This document shows, piece after piece, positions 43,365 through 54,996 of a stretch of DNA of 64,000 bases (positions are counted from its first letter, which is position 1; each line of letters opens with the position of its first letter). The position numbers and the translations under genes were made by a program. The DNA is from a bacterium (GTDB lineage Bacteria; UBA8248; JACPRG01; G963555815). The stretch spans positions 320,001 through 384,000 of the forward strand of contig CAUVWX020000001.1 of assembly GCA_963555815.3 (NCBI GenBank). Direction: 5' to 3'. A model generated the notes under the pieces. The model did no database searches. It worked only from the letters and a program-made list of their open reading frames with translations, and was not told the origin of the DNA.

Positions 43365-44783
43365 GTGGAGAAGGAGCGTCAAAAACTTCTTCGAAATCTC
43401 CCCTCCGTCGACGAGGTCATCAAAATCCTTCGGGGGCAAGCCTCGGACGGAGCCCCCGAGGTCCTGGCGCTTGATCTCGTTCGAGAAGTCCTGGCCCAGC
43501 GCCGCGAGGCCATCCTGGCCGCCGCCTCCCCCAGGGAACTCCAGTCCATCAATCCAGCCCCAGAGGCCATTCTTCAGGAGACAAAAAGGGCCGTTGAACA
43601 CGCCCTTCGCCCCCACCTTCGCCGGGTCATCAACGCCACAGGCGTTATCCTCCACACGAATTTCGGGCGCGCCCCCCTCGGGCCGGAAATCCTTCGGACC
43701 CTTGTCCAGGTCGCTGGAGGATACTGCAACCTGGAGTACGACCTTCCCTCTGGAGGGCGGGGCCAGCGCGACGCCCCTTTGCAGAACCTCCTCAGACGCC
43801 TCACGGGATGCCAGGCGGCCACGGTCGTAAACAACAATGCGGCGGCCGTCTTGCTCTCTCTCCGGGCCCTGGCACAGGGCCGCAAGGTCATTGTCTCGCG
43901 GGGCGAGCTGGTGGAGATAGGGGGGAGCTTTCGCATCCCGGACGTGATGCGGGAGAGCGGCGCCCTGCTTCAGGAGGTGGGAACAACCAATAAGACCCAC
44001 CTGAAGGACTACGAGAAGGCCCTGGACGATGAAACGGCGCTCCTCTTGAAGGTCCACTGCAGCAACTACCGCATCGTCGGCTTTACCCAGGAGGTCTCCC
44101 TGGAAGAGCTCTCGCGTCTGGGAAAGGATCGCGGGACCCCTGTGATGATGGACCTTGGAAGCGGCTGTCTCAAAGATCTCAGGCCCTTCGGGCTCTCTTA
44201 CGAGCTGACCCCGGGAGATGCGCTTCGGGCGGGGGCGGATATCGTCACATTCAGCGGGGACAAGCTCCTCGGAGGTCCCCAGGCAGGGCTCATCGTGGGA
44301 ACTCAGGTCCTCGTAGATCAAATTCGCCGCCACCCTCTCATGCGGGCCCTCCGGGTGGACAAGCTGACGTTGACGACCCTCGAGCAGACTTTACTGGCCT
44401 ACCTTGACCCGGACGCGACGGCCCAAAAGCTCCCCGCCCTTAAAATGCTCTTTCTGAGCGCCAGCGATCTTCGCCGCCGGGCCCGGCGGCTGGTGAAGCG
44501 CATGTCCGAGGAGGCCCGCCTTCGCCTCGACCCAAAAATCCAGGAGGGCATTTCACGAGCGGGAGGCGGGTCACTGCCGACCGAGGAGGTCTCTACCGTC
44601 CTCATTTCCATCAAGTCGACCGACATATCTCTCCGCTCCTTAGAGGAATTTTTGCGCTCCCACGAACCCCCCGTGATCGCCCGGATCCAAGATGACCGCC
44701 TCCTCCTCGACCTTCGGACGGTCCTCCCCGGGGAGGAGCCTCTCATCCTTGAGGCCCTTGAGGCCGTCTCGAAGCGGGGATGA
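43365..44783 (+). CDS. selA: L-seryl-tRNA(Sec) selenium transferase
   Basis: INATGVILHTNFGRAP, NNNAAA, SRGELVEIGGSFRIP, FSGDKLLGGPQAG. Confidence 0.96.
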   Translation: MEKERQKLLRNLPSVDEVIKILRGQASDGAPEVLALDLVREVLAQRREAILAAASPRELQSINPAPEAILQETKRAVEHALRPHLRRVINATGVILHTNFGRAPLGPEILRTLVQVAGGYCNLEYDLPSGGRGQRDAPLQNLLRRLTGCQAATVVNNNAAAVLLSLRALAQGRKVIVSRGELVEIGGSFRIPDVMRESGALLQEVGTTNKTHLKDYEKALDDETALLLKVHCSNYRIVGFTQEVSLEELSRLGKDRGTPVMMDLGSGCLKDLRPFGLSYELTPGDALRAGADIVTFSGDKLLGGPQAGLIVGTQVLVDQIRRHPLMRALRVDKLTLTTLEQTLLAYLDPDATAQKLPALKMLFLSASDLRRRARRLVKRMSEEARLRLDPKIQEGISRAGGGSLPTEEVSTVLISIKSTDISLRSLEEFLRSHEPPVIARIQDDRLLLDLRTVLPGEEPLILEALEAVSKRG

Positions 44784-44793
44784 GAGGTCTTCA

Positions 44794-46695
<1,902 letters not shown>

Positions 46696-46726
46696 CCGCC
46701 ATTTCCTTTTGATGTCTCCCTCAACT

Positions 46727-47215
46727 CTACTCCCCTTTCGCAGGGACAGAGATCCCCAGCCCCGCAAGCTCGGCCATCATGTGGTTCCGGTGAGTTCCCG
46801 CCCAGTAAATCCGCCGGCAGGCCGGACAGCGGCAAAACTCCTGCTGGGTCGAAAAGGTGAACTCTGGGACTTCGGCCGCCACCTCCCCCCGCTCAGACCT
46901 CACCAAGCGCTCATTGCAACGAAGGCATCGGGAGAGAAAGTCAGGGGCTTTAGTGAGATCAAGTCGTTGGGCAATCTCGGCCAGTTGCTCCCGGGGTCGG
47001 TCGGAAAAGACGACGAGGGCGTTCGTCATCCCTTTGCGGACGCCCAGCTTTCGGTTCCGCGTGAGGAAGATGCGGCCTTCCTCAAGACACCGCGTTAAAA
47101 ACTCCTCGTCCATCTTGCGCATGTAGTGGGTGTCAAAGCCCAGGACGCGGAGCCACGTGACCGCCCCGCCCAGATTTGGCCCCACCACAAAGCGGCGCTC
47201 GGACCAGGCGTTCAT
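46727..47215 (-). CDS. Mut7-C RNase domain protein
   Basis: LG..WLRVLGFDT, EGRIFLTRN, SRCLRCN...CPACRRIYWAGTH Zn ribbon. Confidence 0.85.
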   Translation of the reverse strand: MNAWSERRFVVGPNLGGAVTWLRVLGFDTHYMRKMDEEFLTRCLEEGRIFLTRNRKLGVRKGMTNALVVFSDRPREQLAEIAQRLDLTKAPDFLSRCLRCNERLVRSERGEVAAEVPEFTFSTQQEFCRCPACRRIYWAGTHRNHMMAELAGLGISVPAKGE

Positions 47216-47922
47216 CCCTTCCTTCTGGCTGGATAGGGGCAGATCCGGTTCAGGGGACATGGGTCGCAAAGGGGTTTGGGCTTGCAGTAGTGTTTCCCCA
47301 GGGCCACCCATAGGGCGTGAAATTCATTGTAGAGCTCGGAGTCTCGCGGCAGGTGGTGCTCGAAGAGCGCCTGGAGCGAGTCGTAATCCGCTTTTGAATC
47401 GGTCAGACCCAGACGTCCCAGGCTTCGGCGCGTGTAGGCGTCAATGACGAAGACCGGAAAGCCGCCGGCGTAAAGAAGGATGGAATCGGCCGTCTCGGGG
47501 CCTATTCCATTCACGCCCAAAAGGGCTTCTCGAAGGGGGCCGACCGGACCCTGGAGCATGGCCTCGAGATCACCCTCGAACTCCCCCCAGAGGAAGTCGG
47601 AAAAGGCTTTCAGGCGCCGCGCCTTAACATTGAAGTATCCGGCCGAGTGGATAAGGGTGGAAAGCTGGGAAAGGCGGACCCGCCGAAGGCCTTCAGAAGA
47701 GAGAAGCTCTTTTGTTTTCAGCCGGGAAATGGCCCGTTCGACATTGGTCCAGGCGGTGTTCTGCGTCAGGATGGCCCCGACGCAGACCTCAAAAGGCGTT
47801 TCGCCAGGCCACCATCCCTGGGAACCGAAGTGGCGCAGGAGGGTTCTGAAGATCTGAAGGAGCCGCCTTCGGACGTCGGCCCGGGTGGCCCTTCTTTCCG
47901 AGGTTCCCCTCGGCAATGTCAT
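47212..47922 (-). CDS. Endonuclease III-related HhH-GPD protein with FeS cluster
   Basis: WWPGETPFEV, AILTQNT, GIGPETAD, C..KP.C..CPL...C. Confidence 0.9.
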   Translation of the reverse strand: MTLPRGTSERRATRADVRRRLLQIFRTLLRHFGSQGWWPGETPFEVCVGAILTQNTAWTNVERAISRLKTKELLSSEGLRRVRLSQLSTLIHSAGYFNVKARRLKAFSDFLWGEFEGDLEAMLQGPVGPLREALLGVNGIGPETADSILLYAGGFPVFVIDAYTRRSLGRLGLTDSKADYDSLQALFEHHLPRDSELYNEFHALWVALGKHYCKPKPLCDPCPLNRICPYPARRKG

Positions 47923-48142
47923 TCTCCTTTGCGCTAAACTAAAGATTCTAATTTTCTCAGGAGTCTCTCAGCCCAAATAAAAACTGTCAAGCAACGGAGC
48001 ACAGGATCGATATCCTTCCTAGTGAAACGGCAAATGATGATAGCTGAAGAGGGTTATCATGATCGCAACGAGAAAATGGGTTTTCTGAAGGATCGCCCTG
48101 ATACCTTGGGATTGCCATTCCCGAGGTGAGGAGGAGAGTGCA

Positions 48143-48949
48143 ATGGAATTTGTGGACAAGAGAGCCGTCATTACGGGCGCCTCCTCAGGGATAGGGCGAC
48201 AGATCGCCCTCGACCTCGCCCGGGCGGGTGCCCGGACCGTCCTCGTCGCCAGAAACCGAGACCGTCTGGATGAGGTGAGGCGTGAGATCGAGAAGGAGAC
48301 CGGGCGGGACGCCGAGGCTTTTGTCCTGGACGTCGGAGATGCGAAGGCCTATCAGGACACGGCGCGGCAGATCCTGGAAAAGGGTCCTGTGCATATTCTC
48401 ATCAACAATGCGGGGTGGGGGTTTGAGGGGCCCTTTCTAGACCACCGGCCAGACGAGACAGAGGCCATGATGAAGACCAACTATCTCGGGGTGGTCAACG
48501 GAGTCGCCGCCTTCGCCCCCGGGATGAAGGAGGCGAGAGGGGGGCACATCGTCAACATGGCCTCCGTGGTGGGACTCTTCGTCCTGCCCTATGCGGCCGC
48601 CTACTGTGCCACCAAGTTCGCCGTCGTGGGTCTTGGCATGGGCCTTCGGCTCGAGCTTGACCCCCACGGGGTCCGGGTCATTACCATCTGCCCCGGGGTT
48701 GTGGATACCCCTCTTATTCAAGCCCAGAAGGTTCAGGTGTTCCCAAAGCCTATCTTAAAACCTAAAGATGTGAGCCGGGCGGTCCTGCGAGCCATTCGTC
48801 GAAACCGCTCCTTCGTGGTGGTCCCCGGCTTTTTCAAGGCCGCTGTCCACATCGCCAATCTCTTCCCCAGAACTTTCCATTTTGTGATGGCCATGCGGGC
48901 GCGGAAGCTGGCCCGAGAGTTCGCCGCCCTGGCTGGCAGGAAATTATAG
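48143..48949 (+). CDS. SDR family oxidoreductase
   Basis: TGASSGIG, NNAG, YCATK. Confidence 0.92.
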   Translation: MEFVDKRAVITGASSGIGRQIALDLARAGARTVLVARNRDRLDEVRREIEKETGRDAEAFVLDVGDAKAYQDTARQILEKGPVHILINNAGWGFEGPFLDHRPDETEAMMKTNYLGVVNGVAAFAPGMKEARGGHIVNMASVVGLFVLPYAAAYCATKFAVVGLGMGLRLELDPHGVRVITICPGVVDTPLIQAQKVQVFPKPILKPKDVSRAVLRAIRRNRSFVVVPGFFKAAVHIANLFPRTFHFVMAMRARKLAREFAALAGRKL

Positions 48950-48997
48950 AAAAAGCCTGAGAGTGCTTTTTTAAAGGTTAGGACAGCAGGAGGACTT

Positions 48998-49918
48998 TCA
49001 GGGTACCTCGATGGGGAGGTCGTCTCGGTTTCCCCACTCCTCCCAGGATCCGTCGTAGCCCCGGACGTTCTCATAGCCCAGGAGCCGGAGTGTGAAGTAG
49101 GCGTGGGCGCCCCGGTGATGCGTCTGACAGTAGGCGACCACCTCCTTGTCCTTCGAGGCGCCAAGCTGTTCGTACATCTTCGAGACCTCCTCCGCCCCTT
49201 TCCATTTGTTCTCGAAGGGGGTTAGGGTCTCCACCCACTCCACGTTGACGGCCCCCGGGACGTGTCCCCCGCGGGTGGAGAAGAGTTGACGCCCGTCGTA
49301 CTCTGCAGGGCTTCGGGCGTCCACGAGGGCGAGCCCTGGGTCATCGAGACGCTCGGCGATCTCCTCGGCCGTGATGACGAGCTTCGGATCGAGATGGACG
49401 ACAAACTGCCTGAGGGAGATCTCAGGTGTCTCCTGGGAAAGCTCTCCCACCTCCGCGACCCAGGCCTGAAAGCCCCCGTTCAGGATCCTGGCCTTTCGGT
49501 GCCCCGCGTGCTCCAGGGTCCAGAAGAGGCGTGCGGCGTGAAGGCCACCTTGATCGTCGTAGCCGACCACGGTCGTGTCGGCATCTATGCCCAAGCCGCC
49601 GAGGACGGCTTCAAGCGTGGGGGCATCGGCAATCATGCCGGCCACCCCCCCCACTGTCGCTCGGACATCCGGTAAATCCAACTGGACCGCGCCAGGGATA
49701 TGCCCCTCCTCATACTGCCCCTTGCTCCGAAGGTCTACGATCCGAATCTGTGGGTCATTCAGGTGATCCTTCAGCCAGACGGGCTCGGGGAGGAGATGGG
49801 CGTTGGGATAAGGGGTTTGACCGAAGACCTGTCCGATGAAAAGCAAAAAGATGAACAAGGCGAGCGCTGAAATGCCTCGGGACCGCATCGGGTCACTCTC
49901 CTTATTTTTGAAGGACAA
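48998..49918 (-). CDS. Exported double-domain rhodanese sulfurtransferase
   Basis: GHIPGA, LNGG, DARS, CQTHHR active loop, YDGSWEEW; signal peptide (start may be 49888). Confidence 0.9.
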   Translation of the reverse strand: MSFKNKESDPMRSRGISALALFIFLLFIGQVFGQTPYPNAHLLPEPVWLKDHLNDPQIRIVDLRSKGQYEEGHIPGAVQLDLPDVRATVGGVAGMIADAPTLEAVLGGLGIDADTTVVGYDDQGGLHAARLFWTLEHAGHRKARILNGGFQAWVAEVGELSQETPEISLRQFVVHLDPKLVITAEEIAERLDDPGLALVDARSPAEYDGRQLFSTRGGHVPGAVNVEWVETLTPFENKWKGAEEVSKMYEQLGASKDKEVVAYCQTHHRGAHAYFTLRLLGYENVRGYDGSWEEWGNRDDLPIEVP

Positions 49919-50025
49919 AGGGGATTTCTCTAAACATCTTTATATCATGCTCCTCTGGGGATCTCCATCAATTCCCCCGCCGTCTTCTTGCAAAACGAAC
50001 CCTCCCGCGCAAAAAGGCCAAACCA

Positions 50026-51222
50026 TCAGATCTTCCGGTGGCGTTCAGCCATCTCGAAGCGCTTTTGAAGGGGTGGATGGCTGTAGAAGAGCCACTCTAC
50101 AACCCTAGAGGGGGCCTCCTCGGCCAAATTGCGCCGGGAGAGTTTTTTCATGGCGGAGATGAAGGCGTCGGGGTTCCCGGTCAGACGCAGGGCGAAGGCG
50201 TCACACCCGGCCTCAATCCGCCTCGAGAGGGCCAGGGCGAAAGGGCCCCCCAGAAAGCCAAAAACGAGGAAGACCAGCAAGAGAAGCGGGAGCCCTGCCA
50301 CATCCGACTTCGCCGAAAGCCCTAAAGAGACTGCTCCCCACCCCAGAACCCAGTCGGAAGCGTACAAGGCCAAGAGCCCCGCCCCAGTTTGAAGAAGAAT
50401 CCCTTTCGGGAGATGTCCCTGTCGGTCGTGGCCCAGCTCGTGGGCCACGACGGCGCCCGTCTCCTCAGCCGTGAAGTCCGCCAGGAGGGTGTCCGATAGA
50501 AGAATCCGCCGCGTCTTCCACAACCCCATCACGGCAGCATTGGCGGCCCGGGTCTTCCGCCCAAGGTCAAACTGGTAGATCCCCTTCACCCGGGTCCCTG
50601 CCCGCTCGCCCAGAGAGCGGAGCCCTGAGGTCAAAGCGGGATCCTCGATGGGCTCGGTCTTGAAAAAGATGGGGAGGAGGAAAATCGGAGCCAGATAAGT
50701 CCCAAGGGTGAGAAAGAGGAGGAGCCCGATGGCCGCCCAAAGGGGCCAAAAGGCACCCCCATCCCGAAGGAGCCAGTAGAGGACCTCAAGGGCTATCCCC
50801 CCGACGAAGAGGGTGACGAGGAAGGATTTCAGGCGGTCCCCCAAAAAAGCCCCCGGAGACTGGCGACTCAGACCAAACCGACGGGGAAGGGTGTAACCTG
50901 CGTAGGTCTCAAGGGGTAAGCTTAAAATCTCATAGCCCGCGGCCAAAACAACATAAAACAGGGCCATCTGAATCCAGGGATTGGAGCTGGGGATGAGGCC
51001 AGCGAGGGACAGAGAAGCACCCGAGCCAAGAAGCGCCACAAGATAGGCAAGCGAGAGGAACCCCTGCCCGATGCTGAAGCGCCTCCTCAGCCGGTGGTAC
51101 TGACGCGCCTCGGCTTGAGACTGCGGTTCACCACCAGTTCCGGGCTGGACCGTTTGAGAGGAATATGTTCCTTCCTCTGGAAGATGCATCCCGCCTCCTA
51201 GCTCATTTCCGATGCCCTTCAT
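50026..51222 (-). CDS. M48 (Ste24-like) metalloprotease
   Basis: ANAAVMG, AHELGH, E..CDAFA, YSHPP. Confidence 0.88.
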   Translation of the reverse strand: MKGIGNELGGGMHLPEEGTYSSQTVQPGTGGEPQSQAEARQYHRLRRRFSIGQGFLSLAYLVALLGSGASLSLAGLIPSSNPWIQMALFYVVLAAGYEILSLPLETYAGYTLPRRFGLSRQSPGAFLGDRLKSFLVTLFVGGIALEVLYWLLRDGGAFWPLWAAIGLLLFLTLGTYLAPIFLLPIFFKTEPIEDPALTSGLRSLGERAGTRVKGIYQFDLGRKTRAANAAVMGLWKTRRILLSDTLLADFTAEETGAVVAHELGHDRQGHLPKGILLQTGAGLLALYASDWVLGWGAVSLGLSAKSDVAGLPLLLLVFLVFGFLGGPFALALSRRIEAGCDAFALRLTGNPDAFISAMKKLSRRNLAEEAPSRVVEWLFYSHPPLQKRFEMAERHRKI

Positions 51223-51318
51223 TGAAAATTCCCAAGAGACTTAGAGTCCCGTCTACTGGCCCATCCGCTACCCTGCACCTAGTATGATATATAGGTTTTT
51301 GCGGGACAGAGGACATCC

Positions 51319-52368
51319 ATGAAAGAGCCCATTGATCTTCGAAGCGACACCGTGACGAGACCGACGCCTAAGATGCGGCAGGCCATTGCCCAGGCCGAGG
51401 TGGGGGACGACTGCTACGGCGAGGACCCTTCTGCCAACGCGCTCCAAGAGAGGGCGGCCGCCCTTTTGGGCAAGGAGAGGGCCCTCTTTGTCCCCTCCGG
51501 GACCATGGCTAATCAACTGGCCATCAAGGGCCACACGCGGCCGGGGGAAGAGGTGATCCTGGAGGCCACCTCCCATCCCTTCAATTATGAGGCCGGTGCT
51601 CCGGCCGCGCTGTCAGGCGTCCAGTGTTTTCCCATCGCGGGAGAACGAGGAATCTTAGAGCCAAAGACTGTCGAAGAGGCTATCCGTCCTGATGCGCCCC
51701 ATCATCCCCGGACGGCCCTCGTCTGCGTCGAGAACACTCACAATCGGGGCGGGGGGTCCGTCTACCCTCCGGAGACCCTTCAAGCTATTTGGGAGGTGGC
51801 GAAGGGGCGAGACCTAAAAATTCACCTCGATGGGGCTCGGATCTTCAATGCCTCGGTCGCCTCCGGGGTCCCGGTTCATGAATACGCCCGCTTTGCCGAT
51901 ACCGTCTCTTTCTGCCTCTCAAAGGGTCTAGGGGCCCCTATTGGATCTGTTCTGGCCGGTCCCTCAGACTTCATCGCGCGGGCCCTTCGGGACCGGCGAC
52001 TTTTGGGAGGGGGGATGCGCCAAGTGGGGATCCTGGCGGCGGCCGGGCTTTACGCCCTGGACCATCACGTGGCCCGCCTGGTGGAGGATCACGAGAACGC
52101 CCGTCGTCTGGCCGCCGGCCTACAGGAGATTCCGGGCGTCTCCTTCCCCTTGGGCCGCCCCGAGACGAACATCGTCATCTTCGATGTCTCCGGGACAAAG
52201 ATCCCCGTAGATGATGTCACCAGCCGTCTCAAGGAGGAGGGGGTCCTCGTCCACGCCATCTCGCCCCAGCAGATCCGGGCGGTGACCCACCTGGACATCA
52301 CCTCCGCTGACGTTGATCAAGCCCTGGGCGCACTCTGGACGGTGCTCAACGGGCGGAGGAAGCGGTGA
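51319..52368 (+). CDS. ltaE: Low-specificity L-threonine aldolase
   Basis: [41 protein letters not shown]. Confidence 0.93.
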   Translation: MKEPIDLRSDTVTRPTPKMRQAIAQAEVGDDCYGEDPSANALQERAAALLGKERALFVPSGTMANQLAIKGHTRPGEEVILEATSHPFNYEAGAPAALSGVQCFPIAGERGILEPKTVEEAIRPDAPHHPRTALVCVENTHNRGGGSVYPPETLQAIWEVAKGRDLKIHLDGARIFNASVASGVPVHEYARFADTVSFCLSKGLGAPIGSVLAGPSDFIARALRDRRLLGGGMRQVGILAAAGLYALDHHVARLVEDHENARRLAAGLQEIPGVSFPLGRPETNIVIFDVSGTKIPVDDVTSRLKEEGVLVHAISPQQIRAVTHLDITSADVDQALGALWTVLNGRRKR

Positions 52369-53126
52369 AGGTCATCGTCCTCGGCTGTGGGACCTCCACT
52401 GGGGTCCCAAGCATCGGCTGCCACTGTTCTGTCTGCACCTCAAGCCACCCCCGCAACCGAAGGCTCCGAGCCTCCATCTGGCTGCAGTGGGAGGGGCGGG
52501 GCATCTTGATCGATACGACCACAGACCTTCGCCAACAGGCCCTGGAATACAAGATTCCTCGCGTCGATGCCGTCCTCTATACCCACGCTCACGCCGACCA
52601 CATCCACGGCATCGACGAGCTTCGGGTGTATAATAATCTCCAAGAAGGGGTGATCCCCTGCTTCGGCTCCCGCGAAACGATGGCCCGGCTTCATCACGTC
52701 TTCAACTATATCTTCAACGACGACGGCTCAGAGCTGTTCCGCCCTCAACTCACAGCAGAGGTCATTGAGGACCCCTTTCGCCTCTTCGGCCAGGAGGTCA
52801 TACCCCTTCCGGCCGACCACGGGCCGGGGGGGGCAGTCCTGGGCTTTCGCTTTGGCCCCCTTGCCTACCTGACCGACTGCGTGAAAATCCCCGAGGAGAC
52901 GCTGGGGCTCATGGAGGGACTCACCGTCCTTATCCTGGACGCCTTGCGTGCGACACCCCATCCATCCCACATGACCCTTGATGCGGCTTCTCGCGTGGCC
53001 CTGCGGCTGGGCGCCACCCAGACCTACCTGACCCACATGAGCCACGACGTAGACTACGAAGCGGCCAACGCCTCCCTCCCTGCGAGGGTGGAGCTCGCCT
53101 ACGATGGCCTTGAGCTAGCGCTCTAG
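52365..53126 (+). CDS. PhnP-like metallo-beta-lactamase-fold hydrolase
   Basis: [32 protein letters not shown]. Confidence 0.9.
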   Translation: MKVIVLGCGTSTGVPSIGCHCSVCTSSHPRNRRLRASIWLQWEGRGILIDTTTDLRQQALEYKIPRVDAVLYTHAHADHIHGIDELRVYNNLQEGVIPCFGSRETMARLHHVFNYIFNDDGSELFRPQLTAEVIEDPFRLFGQEVIPLPADHGPGGAVLGFRFGPLAYLTDCVKIPEETLGLMEGLTVLILDALRATPHPSHMTLDAASRVALRLGATQTYLTHMSHDVDYEAANASLPARVELAYDGLELAL

Positions 53127-53385
53127 GGTGTTGGCGAGAGAAGTCACCAGGAGAAACCCTTGAGATCTCTCAGGCCAGGCTGGAGCTGGAGGGGGGGGGG
53201 GGGGGGGCAGCGAAATTCCATCGGCCCTGCCGAAGAGGCCCTTGACCAAAAGCAGAGAGTGTGCCATATTAGCGCGTTATAGTGGAAATGTTTTTATCCC
53301 AAGTGAGGATAGGATCCTGTCTCATCGTGGTGGAAAATGCGTCAGGTTCGGTTAGTTTGAACCACTAAGAAACTGAGGAGGGGCT

Positions 53386-53565
53386 GTGCCGGATCCGCTG
53401 GCAGTTAGGGTCGACGACAATTTGGAGCGCGCCATTCGCTTCTTGAAAAAGAAGATGGACAAAGAAGGGATCTTCAAGGAGTTGCGTCGGAGGCGAAGCT
53501 ATGAGAAACCGAGTGTTCGCAAAAGGGCCAAGCGCGCAAGGGCCATCCGGGCTCAGCGCAAATAG
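53386..53565 (+). CDS. rpsU: 30S ribosomal protein S21
   Basis: Manual translation (59 aa, not in ORF track): [49 protein letters not shown]...; GAGGAGG RBS. Confidence 0.92.
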   Translation: MPDPLAVRVDDNLERAIRFLKKKMDKEGIFKELRRRRSYEKPSVRKRAKRARAIRAQRK

Positions 53566-53697
53566 GCGTTGCCGGGCACCGGTCCGAGGGTCTTCTGGGG
53601 TGCTATCCTGGCCCATGATTGACGAAATAGGAAAAAATCTTTTTGATTTTAAAAGGTTTGTAAGAATAATGGACGGAGGCAAGAGGAGGAATCGCCC

Positions 53698-54219
53698 ATG
53701 TGGTCCAAGAGCACTCCCCCGGATACCCCTGCTAGGCCTGACACAAAGGTTACGCCGAACTCTCTGCTCCGCGTTGATGAGAACGTGAAGATAGGTAAGA
53801 CGATCGTCATCAAGGGAGAGTTGACGGGAGACGAAAACCTCACCATCGAGGGCCGGGTGGAGGGACGGGTTGAACTTCGCAATCATCAGCTCACCATCGG
53901 CTCGAGCGGGAAGGTCCATGCGGAAATCCTGGCCAAGACGGTCACCGTCATCGGACAAGTAGAGGGCAACGTCGAGGCCACGGATCTGATGGAGATCCGG
54001 GAATCGGGATCGCTCCTAGGGGACATTCGGGCGCCCAGGGTCGTCATCGCCGACGGGGCAAATTTAAAGGGTTCCGTCGATATGGTCCAGCAAGGACCTG
54101 GGGCCCCAAAGGGGATCCCCGAGAAAAGCCTTAAAGGCCCGCTGCCCGTGAGGGGGGACAAAGCCCCGGAGGGCAGGCCGACAGTGATCCTGAAGGCGGG
54201 CAAGGAGCCTAACAAATAG
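53698..54219 (+). CDS. Bactofilin (polymer-forming cytoskeletal protein)
   Basis: IGKTIVIKGELTGDENLTIEGRVEG...GDIRAPRVVIADGA beta-helix repeats. Confidence 0.9.
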   Translation: MWSKSTPPDTPARPDTKVTPNSLLRVDENVKIGKTIVIKGELTGDENLTIEGRVEGRVELRNHQLTIGSSGKVHAEILAKTVTVIGQVEGNVEATDLMEIRESGSLLGDIRAPRVVIADGANLKGSVDMVQQGPGAPKGIPEKSLKGPLPVRGDKAPEGRPTVILKAGKEPNK

Positions 54220-54251
54220 GGTCCTTCAGGGGGACCCTGAAAGAGGGATCT

Positions 54252-54974
54252 TTGGGACGTCGCCGCAAGAGTGCTTGGGTTGACGAATACGTCAGCGAGA
54301 TCTTCCTTTGGAAAAATTTTCTCACGCCTGATCCTGCCCCCAAGGTGGTGCAACCCCAGATGCCCCCTCGGGTTCAGACGAGCGAAGCCCTAAAAGTGTT
54401 CCTGAACATGCTGGCCAAGAAGGAACAGCCAGCCATCCTGGATTTGGGCGGGGTGAAGGGGGACCATATCCAGTTCTTTTGCGACCACGGCTTCAAGGTC
54501 CATGTCTTCGACCTTTTGCAGACCCTTCCTCGAGTCGCGGCGGCAGACAAAGAGGAAAATGCGAAAGAATCCGAGCCTTCCGAGGACGAACTCTACGAGA
54601 AAGTGATGGGGGGGGTCAACTACCCAGATGGCTCTTTATCAGGTGTACTCTGCTGGGATATCCTGGACCACCTGGAGTCAAAATATGCCCATTCGTTTAT
54701 CCAGCGGGTCAAGAGATCGATGAAGGACGGGGGCCTTCTCCTCTCCTTCTTCAGCATGAGAAAGACGAACGGGGACTCGGAAGGTTGGGACTATCGGATC
54801 ATGGATCGAGAACATGTGGAGTTTCTCCCCAAAGAGACAAAGCTCGCTGCCAGGCACAACTATCACAACGGGGAGATCATGAAACTCTTCAAGGGTTTCA
54901 AGGTGCTCTATTTCTATTTCCTGAGAAGTAACTTTAGAGAGATCTTGGTCCAAAAGCCCATCGGTGGATTTTAA
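54252..54974 (+). CDS. Class I SAM-methyltransferase-fold protein
   Basis: ILDLGG, VLCWDILDHL, MKDGGLL; start uncertain. Confidence 0.6.
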   Translation: MGRRRKSAWVDEYVSEIFLWKNFLTPDPAPKVVQPQMPPRVQTSEALKVFLNMLAKKEQPAILDLGGVKGDHIQFFCDHGFKVHVFDLLQTLPRVAAADKEENAKESEPSEDELYEKVMGGVNYPDGSLSGVLCWDILDHLESKYAHSFIQRVKRSMKDGGLLLSFFSMRKTNGDSEGWDYRIMDREHVEFLPKETKLAARHNYHNGEIMKLFKGFKVLYFYFLRSNFREILVQKPIGGF

Positions 54975-54996
54975 GGAAGGCGCTTTTTAGTCTTCT

